A stretch of DNA of 64,000 nt. Source: a virus. Its lineage: Duplodnaviria > Caudoviricetes. The stretch is taken from positions 96,001-160,000 of the IMG/VR virus record IMGVR_UViG_3300028048_000045. One strand, 5' to 3'. Made by a program: the position numbers and the translations under genes. Positions 19,706 through 29,112 of this stretch are shown one piece after another. The number at the start of each line of letters is the position of its first letter. Position 1 is the first letter of the stretch. Below the pieces are notes generated by a model. The model worked only from the letters and a program-made list of their open reading frames with translations. It ran no database searches and had not been told where the DNA came from.

Positions 19706-20160
19706 TGTTGTACTCCATAAGCTTTTTTAAAAGCATCAATAAATATATTCCAACCAGGAAATCCTGGAAAACTTCTATCATCTAAATAATAATCAGCATA
19801 AATCTTTTTTGAAGGTTTAAAATTTATACTATCCGAATTATCATTAGCTTTTGTAACTTTAATACCATTAGCCAATAAAAATGCTAATGCTTGTTTAAGA
19901 TATTCGCCATCTCTACAAGTCCATAAAATAATTTGAACTCCAAAAGATTGTAAAAACTTTATAGATTCGATAGCATTCGGTTTAACTTTACCAATTTTTG
20001 GAAAAGTATCATCGACAATTGTACCATCGAAATCTACAGCAAGTATCAGTTTATCACTAGGTTTATTAAAGTTACCAATAGAAAGGCCGGTAGGATTTAA
20101 TATAGTTATAGGTTCAGTGTTCATAACTTCATATGAAAATAATCTATTATTATTGATCAT
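19702..20160 (-). CDS. HAD-superfamily phosphatase (BT0820-like, capless) with propeptide
   Basis: AVDFDGTIV, ILWTCR, KIYADYYLDDR; start reassigned to MINNNRLFSYE. Confidence 0.8.
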   Translation of the reverse strand: MINNNRLFSYEVMNTEPITILNPTGLSIGNFNKPSDKLILAVDFDGTIVDDTFPKIGKVKPNAIESIKFLQSFGVQIILWTCRDGEYLKQALAFLLANGIKVTKANDNSDSINFKPSKKIYADYYLDDRSFPGFPGWNIFIDAFKKAYGVQQ

Positions 20161-20905
20161 CTTTGTCACCAAAATCTATATTACCGTAATCATTTCCAGA
20201 GAATTTAACCTCTAGACCAGCAGCTTTGCAGAAAACTTCTGTAGTATTAACTGCCTGTTTATTGTGAGTTCGAATATCCAAATCAGATAATCTAACATCA
20301 CCAGTTGATACAATAGTATTCAACATTTGTTGTTTACTTATTTGATCATCTGCACGAGGACCAAGGAATTCTTTAAGAGCATTAGTTTGATTTGTTGCAG
20401 CTAACGCATAAGTCTGAACGTTTGTAGTAGAAGCAGTTTTATCTTCTTGTACAACCTGACCAGTCAATGGGTTAATATGATCACTACTATTAGAAATAGA
20501 GTTTTTATGTTGCAACATCTGCTGGAAGAATCGTCTAATTGGACAGTAAATAATTGGTACCTTTGTTAATGTACACATTGGTTTGCCTCTAGGATTTCTA
20601 AAAGGCATAAATACATATTCGAATAAACCGATCTTCCATTTATCAGCAATAGCTTTAATCTTTTCAAGAGTCATATTATCAGACTTTTTCTTTTCAAGTT
20701 GATTAATATCTATAAAAAGATTTAAATCATCCTGCTCTATATATTTCTTCATCAAATCAATGAATTGTTTATCTGACATTTTAGCAAAAGCTATTCTATA
20801 AGTATCAGCATTAAATCCTGAAGGATCAATATCATCCATTAATTTGTAAATATTTTCTTCATACTTTTTACGTATTTTTTTAAACTGTTCAGCAGAAACT
20901 TTCAT
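20150..20905 (-). CDS. Virion RNA polymerase beta C-terminal subunit
   Basis: RRFFQQMLQHKN...INPLTGQV...ALKEFLGPRADD matches the beta C-terminal (TxQP / ExLT.KSDD) region; in a late operon. Confidence 0.8.
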   Translation of the reverse strand: MKVSAEQFKKIRKKYEENIYKLMDDIDPSGFNADTYRIAFAKMSDKQFIDLMKKYIEQDDLNLFIDINQLEKKKSDNMTLEKIKAIADKWKIGLFEYVFMPFRNPRGKPMCTLTKVPIIYCPIRRFFQQMLQHKNSISNSSDHINPLTGQVVQEDKTASTTNVQTYALAATNQTNALKEFLGPRADDQISKQQMLNTIVSTGDVRLSDLDIRTHNKQAVNTTEVFCKAAGLEVKFSGNDYGNIDFGDKDDQ

Positions 20906-21354
20906 TATATAATAATCCTCCTACCATAGTCATAGGCATAATTTATATAGTCGTAACTTTCGAGAGATTCATCCATTTCATTAAATTCATAACAAAAATA
21001 ACGAATCTTTTCACAAGAATAATTATTAGTCATTATCTTAGCCAAATTATATTTTAAAGCATTTTCTTTATTATGAAAATGCTTAATTTTATTATCATCA
21101 GTTCTAAGATAATAACCCGATTTATCAGAATAAATCGAAAAGAAATAAGATTCAACTGATCTATCCCAATTACCACTATCTATTTGCAAGACATACGAAT
21201 CTTGTTTTATGTGTTCTAAGGATAACATTGAATCTTTTAATTTATCAAATGAATTTTGGTTTTTATGCTTATTTGTAAAATCTTTAATAGTACTATAAGC
21301 GTATTTAGGTGTAAATTCATATGATTCGAAACTAAAAATTTTAGCCAAATTCAT
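20905..21354 (-). CDS. Putative head protein
   Basis: N-terminus MNLAKIFSFES like the KIF-S-x-E family; first gene after late promoter 21383. Confidence 0.55.
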   Translation of the reverse strand: MNLAKIFSFESYEFTPKYAYSTIKDFTNKHKNQNSFDKLKDSMLSLEHIKQDSYVLQIDSGNWDRSVESYFFSIYSDKSGYYLRTDDNKIKHFHNKENALKYNLAKIMTNNYSCEKIRYFCYEFNEMDESLESYDYINYAYDYGRRIII

Positions 21355-21382
21355 AATTGTTATCCCTAATGTTTAATCGTAA

Positions 21383-21396
21383 TATATAGAAATGTC
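21383..21396 (-). promoter_or_regulatory. Late promoter GACA-N6-TATA
   Basis: GACA TTTCTA TATA heading the 21354-18045 operon. Confidence 0.7.
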
Positions 21397-21453
21397 AATT
21401 TAGAAAAAAAAGAAGGATACTTAAATTTCTCCTTCTTTTTTAAAAATCATCAA

Positions 21454-21963
21454 TTAATATGAAACTTTTACAGGTTTCAAACTATAGATGATTTTTCTAA
21501 TCAAAGCCTTATAGAAATTCCATAAAACTTTGAAAAAGTTTTGAATAGCTTGTAAAAGAGTCTTTATTAAAGACTTTCTCTTATAATCATATTCAACAAC
21601 CCAACCTAGTTCAGCATAAACTGCAAGTGGGTTTTTGATACCGGACAGATGATATTTTAACCATCCATCTGGTGCTTCTTCAGAGAGCTGTTCATTAACT
21701 CTCTTGAAGTAGTATTTGCAGAATTTTCTAAATTCTCTGCTATTTTTATAAACAGATTTAGAAAATCCTGTAAGGTCTTCTGAAGAAATTTTGTTGTATT
21801 CAGTCAACCCATTTTCCGTAATATCCTTGAAACGCTTTCCAAGGATATGAATCACTGGATATCCAAATGCCTTAGAAAACTCTAAGTATTCAGATCTTTT
21901 TACGATATTAGAACTCAATCTAACATCGTAATTTTTCAATAATGTTTTCAGGTTCTTTTTCAT
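21454..21963 (-). CDS. Early hypothetical protein (type B cassette)
   Basis: Start reassigned to MKKNLK by homology of its leader to 17552-17607; amphipathic C-terminal helix. Confidence 0.7.
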   Translation of the reverse strand: MKKNLKTLLKNYDVRLSSNIVKRSEYLEFSKAFGYPVIHILGKRFKDITENGLTEYNKISSEDLTGFSKSVYKNSREFRKFCKYYFKRVNEQLSEEAPDGWLKYHLSGIKNPLAVYAELGWVVEYDYKRKSLIKTLLQAIQNFFKVLWNFYKALIRKIIYSLKPVKVSY

Positions 21964-22071
21964 ATTTACCATCTCATTATTATAATATACAAAAATAAAC
22001 AATTAGTTTACAAAAAAGAACCTGAGATTTATTCAGGTTCTTAAATTGAAAATTATTTCAATTTCAGCAAT

Positions 22072-22359
22072 TTACTCATTCGAAAGTTGCGTGTTATCAC
22101 ATATAATAGACATAATACATTTTGTTCTCGATTCGAACATTTGATAAGTTTTCTCATGTTCTATTTTAGATTTTTCAACTTCCATTTGTTGCAATTCAAT
22201 TTCTTTTTCATGAACAAGTCTTTCAGCATCAATCGATTTTAATAAATCTCTTTTATAATTGATATAATTGGTAAATGCTTCCGGATTAGCTTTAGCAAGT
22301 TCTAATTCTTCTTTAGTCAATCCGATACCACTAATATTAGATGTTTTTAAATCATCCAT
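22072..22359 (-). CDS. Early small coiled-coil protein, paralog of 16268..16654
   Basis: EELELAKANPEAF; type A leader; own terminator. Confidence 0.7.
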   Translation of the reverse strand: MDDLKTSNISGIGLTKEELELAKANPEAFTNYINYKRDLLKSIDAERLVHEKEIELQQMEVEKSKIEHEKTYQMFESRTKCIMSIICDNTQLSNE

Positions 22360-22461
22360 AATAGTCTCCTTAATTATTATGATATTAAGAATTCATACAA
22401 ATTCTTTACATTTTAATAATATATAAAACAAGAGGGAACAGATTCCCTCTCGTTTAATTAT

Positions 22462-25400
22462 TTAGAAACCACCAGCTTCATCGTTACCAATACCTTGATT
22501 CAAACCATCATTAGTTGTTACTTTACCATCTGGTGTAACAATTATAGGTTTAAATTCAGTATTAACGATTTGATCATTAACTGATCTATTTACTCTGTTT
22601 TCAATAGCAGTTTTATTAGCTTCAGGTCTAAGATTCTGTGCAAGACGTATATATTTATCCAAACCGATACCAGGCATAAGTTGTTGATAAAGTTTTTGTT
22701 TAAATTTAAATCTTGTAGAATTAGTAACTTCGGTATCATCATCAGGATTAATAACAATACCAATAATATTCTCAATGTAAGATTGAACAGTTGAGAATAA
22801 GTTATTAGCGTTTTGCATATTCAAACTTTCAGGTGGAGCAAATCGTACAAGAATTTCTGAAAGAGAGAAATCTTTATTTCCATCTTTAATTTTCTTATAC
22901 AATCCAGAACCAACAATAAGTAATTTGATAAATTTAGTAGCAATATTACCAAATACTCCCTGAAGTTTAATAAGATCAAAACGATATTCAGCATTTCTAG
23001 AAGCTGCTAATGAAGCAAAATCTTCTTCTTGATAAGGATTAGTAATAGTTACAGGACATTTAAGCTGTGTAACAATATCATTTTCCAATCTTTGTTCAAG
23101 ATCATCCTGTTGATCTATGGTGTTATGCTGTGAAATATCTTCATATTCAAACAATTGTTCGCCATCATAAATTGGTACAACAATTGTTTCAGATAATGAT
23201 GCTGATTTAAGAACTCTTGATAATGAAGTGAATGGAGATTCAACATTCAATTTACGAGTTGTTAAAGCATTTTCAATAGCTCTGATAGAATAACCAAAGT
23301 TTTTAGCTTTACCAACATTAACTGTAATCTTATCACGCTGTCCTGTACGAGTAAGACGAGTCATGATATTATTCATATTTACAAGAATCTTCTCATAACA
23401 TGTGAACAAACAGTTTTTCATAAATGATTCAGGAATACCATTTCCATCCAAACCAGGTGTGAAATAACACATATATTTTTCAGGAATGTACATAATCTTA
23501 ATACGATTCTGTACAATAGCTCCATCTCTAATAAGAGCCATGATAGTATCCATAAACGTTTCATCATCTTCAATATCATGTCTATGGATTTTTTGTTTAA
23601 GTACATTAAACATAATCTTTTTCATGATATTATTTCGACGAATAGCATCATCTCCAGCTACACCAACATCAAAACCTGCTATATCCAATCCTGCTCCAAG
23701 AGCCATTGAACCTGCACCTGTAATACCTACTGAAGGTAAGTCTGATACAGCAGCAATTCCACCCATAGGAACTCCCTGAACACCTGCTCCAAATGAACCA
23801 GATGTAGCTGGTGAAGGAGATATAGCAAAATCATTATTGATACCGAGATTGAGGAACATATCTGTAAAGTTACAGTTACGTTTATTTACAGATTCAACAT
23901 TTCCTGTATATGGTGAAGTTTCAATAATATAATAACCTACATGTCTACCTGCAACAATTACAGGAATAACATCTTCAGCATCATATTCTTTAATCAAACA
24001 ATCGTTTAATAAAGAATATTCATTAGGTGAAAAATCTTCTGTAAATTCATCAAGTACCGATTTAGGTCCATTATCGATTTCCATTCCATCTTTAACTATT
24101 GGATCTTGATCATAATTCTTATCACGTTCTTTAAGACGTTTTTCATCTTGAAGTCTAGCATTGAATGCTTTTAATCCAGCTTTAGGATTTTCATGATAAG
24201 CTGACATCTGCATAAGTCTACGGAAGTTATTAATAGAAACACCCATAGCTAATTCAGACTGATCGTAGAATTCGATATTACTATCGATTGTTTTGACAGC
24301 ATTAAAGATTTGTTCCTTAAAGTGTTCAGACAATGAACCGTCAACTTTTACTTTATCTTGGAATTCACGGAATTTTTCATTAACTTCATTAACTTTTTCA
24401 GATTTATTAATTACGTTAGATCCGTAAATATCAAACAATCTTTCATTTCTAACACGCTCAATATTATTGGAAACATCTTCAATACCACGAGCCATATATT
24501 CGTTAAGATCTTCTTTTGATACAAATTTATCAATTACTGAATCTCTTAAATCTGTATAATTCTTCACATTAAATGATATTTTTTCTTCACCGTCTACAGA
24601 TTCTGTAGACATGATTTTATATTTAGGATCATTGAAATTAGGAATTAAACGATGTTCCCTAGAATGATAATCTGAAATAACATCTTCATAAGCTTCTGTA
24701 GAATTAGCAGAAGTTCTGAACTTATAGTCTGCATATTTTTGTGAAAAATTACGCATACTAATTTTAGCCATTTCCATAATATCTGTGTATGGGAAAACAA
24801 CTACAGGTTTAGCACCTTCGATAAGAGCAGTACGTAAATATCTAGGAAGCCTGTCTTCAATACAATATCTATCAAGAATTTCTTTTTCAATACGTTCATT
24901 GATAGGGTTTTCAGACAATACTGAAGGATCGTTATCATCAGGATTTAATGTACTAGGAACATATACATTTGAAATGGAACGTTTAGTAATTTCATTAATT
25001 GCTAATATATCCCTAGCTTTCATATCAGCACATCTATAAACTGTTGGAATAAGACGTGCTACATTACGATATTCTGAAACAAGATTACGATATGATGAAA
25101 AAATAGAAGCGTGGAAATTATAAGTTTCCAAATCTTCTTTATTATCATTATCACTGTAAACCATACGGAAACCATCTCTTGTAGTTGGATCTCCGTACAT
25201 TCCGCCGAAATTTCTATTCAAAGATGTATCATATGAATCAGCTATAAATGTTTCTTTAGTAAGATTTTGAAGCTGTTTCATGGTATTAAATACATAATTA
25301 GGATCATCCTCATCAGTATTTTTTAAACTCTTAGATACCATCTTTTCAATTCGATCAAGTTGATTTCTATTATCTTGAACGAACTGTGGTGTCAATCCTA

Positions 25401-25473
25401 AATGATCTGCATAAATACTAAGATTAGCATCATTATTTAGAATATCTAAATTGCTATTATTACTTTTAGGCAT
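22462..25473 (-). CDS. Portal protein (phiKZ/AR9-type)
   Basis: 1003 aa downstream of virion RNAP beta'; DAEDVIPV...HVGYYII and terminal EDFASLAASRNAEY recall jumbo-phage portals; late operon. Confidence 0.6.
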   Translation of the reverse strand: MPKSNNSNLDILNNDANLSIYADHLGLTPQFVQDNRNQLDRIEKMVSKSLKNTDEDDPNYVFNTMKQLQNLTKETFIADSYDTSLNRNFGGMYGDPTTRDGFRMVYSDNDNKEDLETYNFHASIFSSYRNLVSEYRNVARLIPTVYRCADMKARDILAINEITKRSISNVYVPSTLNPDDNDPSVLSENPINERIEKEILDRYCIEDRLPRYLRTALIEGAKPVVVFPYTDIMEMAKISMRNFSQKYADYKFRTSANSTEAYEDVISDYHSREHRLIPNFNDPKYKIMSTESVDGEEKISFNVKNYTDLRDSVIDKFVSKEDLNEYMARGIEDVSNNIERVRNERLFDIYGSNVINKSEKVNEVNEKFREFQDKVKVDGSLSEHFKEQIFNAVKTIDSNIEFYDQSELAMGVSINNFRRLMQMSAYHENPKAGLKAFNARLQDEKRLKERDKNYDQDPIVKDGMEIDNGPKSVLDEFTEDFSPNEYSLLNDCLIKEYDAEDVIPVIVAGRHVGYYIIETSPYTGNVESVNKRNCNFTDMFLNLGINNDFAISPSPATSGSFGAGVQGVPMGGIAAVSDLPSVGITGAGSMALGAGLDIAGFDVGVAGDDAIRRNNIMKKIMFNVLKQKIHRHDIEDDETFMDTIMALIRDGAIVQNRIKIMYIPEKYMCYFTPGLDGNGIPESFMKNCLFTCYEKILVNMNNIMTRLTRTGQRDKITVNVGKAKNFGYSIRAIENALTTRKLNVESPFTSLSRVLKSASLSETIVVPIYDGEQLFEYEDISQHNTIDQQDDLEQRLENDIVTQLKCPVTITNPYQEEDFASLAASRNAEYRFDLIKLQGVFGNIATKFIKLLIVGSGLYKKIKDGNKDFSLSEILVRFAPPESLNMQNANNLFSTVQSYIENIIGIVINPDDDTEVTNSTRFKFKQKLYQQLMPGIGLDKYIRLAQNLRPEANKTAIENRVNRSVNDQIVNTEFKPIIVTPDGKVTTNDGLNQGIGNDEAGGF

Positions 25474-25484
25474 CTGTCAAACTC

Positions 25485-27170
25485 CTATTTAGCTACTGGT
25501 TTTGGAATCATATATGTTAAACCGTAAATACCATGTGGAATAACATTAGGGAATTCACGCATAACATTTCCATTTATACCAACAACATTTGAAATTTCTT
25601 TCATATGTTTGTAAACGTCTTCATTACCTTCTTGTGTAAATACACCTTGTGTAGAAATCTGGTCACCATCGTAATCCGCACCCATCGCAGCAAGATATGT
25701 TGAGAACATACGCATTGTATCTGTAAACATACCTTCAATATCTTCTGATGTTTTGTAATTCAAAATAGGATAACGTGGATATAATACACCATTAAAAAAA
25801 ACAGAAGTATATTCATTACAAGGAATAATATTCATAAGACCACAATAAGTATTATTATATGTGGTCAACGGATATCGTGTATTATAAATAGATTTGTTTT
25901 TAATATTATCCATAGCTACAATATAAAGTAATTCACAATATGTAAGTTCTCTATATGAACTAGGATTTTCTTCATCTTCTGTAATATCTGTTGAAAAAGA
26001 TGGTTTACCATCAACAACATTCATACGAACTGTTAATGGAATTCTAAATCCATTTTCACCTTTAAGTGTTACTTTTTCTACACGATAATATTTAGATTTT
26101 TTATAGTTGTCTAAAACATTCCTAATCGAATCTGTTGTAAATTCATCAATCCATGTACTATCAAGTGGAGCTTCGATCAATTTCTTTTGTTCAAAATCAT
26201 AATAATTGATAGATATTCTACCAGATACATAATTTTGAATCCATCTTGAAACGCCAAAAATCATAAAAGGAGCAAAAATATTTGCTGCTGTAGCTAATGG
26301 TGTTGAAGAGTGGAAGAAATCTGCTTCACACTGTGTATAGTGTTCTGTATTAAAATCTGGTGGAGAAATAACCAAACGAGCACCATAGTCTGTTGCTTTA
26401 CCAACTACAAATTTATTAGCAAAACCATCAGCACCACCAATCTTTTTCATATAAAATTCATAAATCTCATAAAGAGCATCTTGCATTTTTACATGAGAGA
26501 TTGAACGTTTTGGTTCATTTGGATCGTCCATGAATGAAATATCATCAAGATTTTTAATAATATCAGCTAAACGTAATATCTTAGCATATAACTGATTTAT
26601 AATATTTCTTTTAGAACTTCCATCAGATGAATATTTAACATCACGATACCAAGCTGGCATTATTAATAATTTGTCCCAGAAAATTTCATCTACGGTATAA
26701 GCTTTTAACCACTTTCTACGTGTTTTAGCAGCTTTACTCATATCATTTGTAATTCTCCAAGAAATATAAGGCCATGCTTCTTTCAACCAAGTAATTCCTG
26801 TACCAGTATTTTTATAAACTGCATCAGCTGGAACAGTTTCACTAGGATCAATTTTAGTAAGTTCACCAGTTTTATCGACATAGTATCTTCCGATACCAAG
26901 TTTCATATCATTTGCTATGCCTTTTTTCAATCGTTTTAAAACATAAAAAGCATGAGGATTCATAAATACATCATTTAGTCTTACCCATCCCCATTTGGTT
27001 TTACGATCTTCTGTACCAGGAGCACCAAATATTTCTTCAGAAAACATTCCTTCAGGATGTAATTCTGATGTACTAGGAACGAAGTATAAAGTTGATGTTA
27101 CTTCTTTCCAATTATTAATTTCTATATCTTTATTAGGATTAACTAGGTTAATCGACATTGAATCTAACAT
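25485..27170 (-). CDS. Virion RNA polymerase beta' N-terminal catalytic subunit
   Basis: GMFSEEIFG, WGWVRL..FMNP, MPAWYRD, GKATDYGARLVISP, RYP and catalytic GADYDGD. Confidence 0.92.
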   Translation of the reverse strand: MLDSMSINLVNPNKDIEINNWKEVTSTLYFVPSTSELHPEGMFSEEIFGAPGTEDRKTKWGWVRLNDVFMNPHAFYVLKRLKKGIANDMKLGIGRYYVDKTGELTKIDPSETVPADAVYKNTGTGITWLKEAWPYISWRITNDMSKAAKTRRKWLKAYTVDEIFWDKLLIMPAWYRDVKYSSDGSSKRNIINQLYAKILRLADIIKNLDDISFMDDPNEPKRSISHVKMQDALYEIYEFYMKKIGGADGFANKFVVGKATDYGARLVISPPDFNTEHYTQCEADFFHSSTPLATAANIFAPFMIFGVSRWIQNYVSGRISINYYDFEQKKLIEAPLDSTWIDEFTTDSIRNVLDNYKKSKYYRVEKVTLKGENGFRIPLTVRMNVVDGKPSFSTDITEDEENPSSYRELTYCELLYIVAMDNIKNKSIYNTRYPLTTYNNTYCGLMNIIPCNEYTSVFFNGVLYPRYPILNYKTSEDIEGMFTDTMRMFSTYLAAMGADYDGDQISTQGVFTQEGNEDVYKHMKEISNVVGINGNVMREFPNVIPHGIYGLTYMIPKPVAK

Positions 27171-27187
27171 ATAGTTACCTCTGTAAG

Positions 27188-27201
27188 TATATAAATTTGT
27201 C
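27188..27201 (-). promoter_or_regulatory. Late promoter GACA-N6-TATA
   Basis: GACA AATTTA TATA upstream of 27170. Confidence 0.7.
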
Positions 27202-27249
27202 TTTGAATAATAAAGAAAAACTGAGGCTAAAATGCCTCAGTTTATCATT

Positions 27250-28221
27250 TTATCGATACGACATACATATTTCAGATTCATCACCAGCATAATATGTATT
27301 AGAATTTTCAGTTTTATATGATCCTAAGTTAGGATTATCAGCAGCATCTGTATAAGTTATACCAGTACCATCACCAATAAGAATAGCTAACCAGGTTCGT
27401 TTGTTATAATGTGTTGCTCCAACAAATTCCACTACAGATATGTCTGGATCTATAAATCTTTCATCATCCTTAGGATTTTCTAAATCAGGATAAGTTGTAT
27501 TAAAATATTCAACTTGTCTATCTTTTTCATCATAAATATAATACATTTTTATAGAAAAATTAGACGGATTATTTATACAATCAGTAATTACATCGGAAGC
27601 ACTAAAATTAAAATCCTTAGCATTCAATCTTGTTTCTTCTTTTGTTATAGGATTTATATATCTTATAGCGAATCGTTTCCAGAAAGTTCTATCATTAACA
27701 GCTAAAATTGTATTAATTCTAGATTTATCCTGTTGTTTAATAGAAACTTTTATAAAGTATATATCTTCACGAAGTTTAGTAACTTTAAATATATTATCAT
27801 TGAATATATTCGTAGGTTTAGTTTTTCGCAAAGATCTAGCGATAGGAATGAAAAACTTTGAATTAGAAACTAATTTAGAGAATTTAGAAATATTAGCTAC
27901 AGTCTCAGATGATGGACCACTCATTTCTTTAACCCTATAAGCAAATTGAGATGCACCGTTTTTAATAAGTAATGATTTAGCTTTTTCTTCAGTCATAGTT
28001 TTCAAATCAACTATAGGATTAAATATATTTATTGGTTTTTTAACAGGTTTATTAGAACCGTCGTAGGTAGTTATAATTTCAGTAGTTCGTTTTTCATAAA
28101 CTATCCCATCATAGGAATTTTCTAAAATAACAGATTTAGAAAAATCTACTGGGAAATTAAAAAGATTATAACTGAAATCATTAACAGTGTTTTTTAAACG
28201 TTCATAATCAAAAATACCCAT
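27250..28221 (-). CDS. Putative virion structural protein
   Basis: 323 aa in a late operon between virion RNAP subunits. Confidence 0.5.
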   Translation of the reverse strand: MGIFDYERLKNTVNDFSYNLFNFPVDFSKSVILENSYDGIVYEKRTTEIITTYDGSNKPVKKPINIFNPIVDLKTMTEEKAKSLLIKNGASQFAYRVKEMSGPSSETVANISKFSKLVSNSKFFIPIARSLRKTKPTNIFNDNIFKVTKLREDIYFIKVSIKQQDKSRINTILAVNDRTFWKRFAIRYINPITKEETRLNAKDFNFSASDVITDCINNPSNFSIKMYYIYDEKDRQVEYFNTTYPDLENPKDDERFIDPDISVVEFVGATHYNKRTWLAILIGDGTGITYTDAADNPNLGSYKTENSNTYYAGDESEICMSYR

Positions 28222-28230
28222 AATTAACTC

Positions 28231-29019
28231 CTATTTAATAGCTTCCTCAATAGGAGAAACAATATCTTTCTTATTTTCACCACGAGTGTGTTCCATAGCA
28301 ACAGTGATACCATATTTAGGATCCCATGAAGTTAATGATGTGAATCCTGATGTATATTTAGGAATATGTTCATAGTTAATCATAGTTCCATTTTTTATTC
28401 CAGCAGCATAATATTTTTCATAAACATTTCTAAATAAAACTGTATAATCTTTAGGATCTCTTGTAAGATTCATACAAATTAATTCAAATGTTGCTAAGTT
28501 AGATTCAAGATCTCCAGATCCATTAATAGCTGCACATTTTTGCCATAATATAGCCAATTCTTCATAAGTAATTGTTTTAGGCATGTGTGCTTTAAGAAGA
28601 ATATCAATGTATTTATCTGAAACATCCAAATCTTGTACAATATTAACGTTTACAATAAATGTATCACCCTTTAAGAAAATTAAATCTATAGATTTTTCTT
28701 TTTTCAAAGTTTCATTTTCAACTTCTTCTATAATTTGAATAGAATCATTTATATGAGAAGGTTTCATAATAATATTTGCTGGGAGTTTCATTGTAAACTT
28801 ATGAGAATATTTAGTCAAATCATCTTCATCAGGATCATCAAAAATCAATCCTTCAAAAATTCCCATTGTTTCTACAACAGTTTGATTTACTCTAGTTACT
28901 CCACTTTCATAAAAATAAGGAGGAATTCTTACAATAAGACGTTCACCATTAAATGTTAATGATCCGTCAGATTCTTCTTTAAAATATTTATCGTAAAGAC
29001 TATTTAATTCATTAGCCAT
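28231..29019 (-). CDS. Virion RNA polymerase beta' C-terminal subunit
   Basis: FELICMNLTR and TSGFTSLTSW...SPIE parallel the beta' HIEVIVRQM / SFISAASF region; late promoter 29038. Confidence 0.6.
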   Translation of the reverse strand: MANELNSLYDKYFKEESDGSLTFNGERLIVRIPPYFYESGVTRVNQTVVETMGIFEGLIFDDPDEDDLTKYSHKFTMKLPANIIMKPSHINDSIQIIEEVENETLKKEKSIDLIFLKGDTFIVNVNIVQDLDVSDKYIDILLKAHMPKTITYEELAILWQKCAAINGSGDLESNLATFELICMNLTRDPKDYTVLFRNVYEKYYAAGIKNGTMINYEHIPKYTSGFTSLTSWDPKYGITVAMEHTRGENKKDIVSPIEEAIK

Positions 29020-29037
29020 ATTAAGTCTCCTTTAGGA

Positions 29038-29051
29038 TATATTAAAATGTC
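29038..29051 (-). promoter_or_regulatory. Late promoter GACA-N6-TATA
   Basis: GACA TTTTAA TATA upstream of 29019. Confidence 0.7.
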
Positions 29052-29112
29052 AACCTTAAAAGAAAATAAAATAAGATATCGTTGGCATTTGATAGCCAAC
29101 GATACCATTTAA

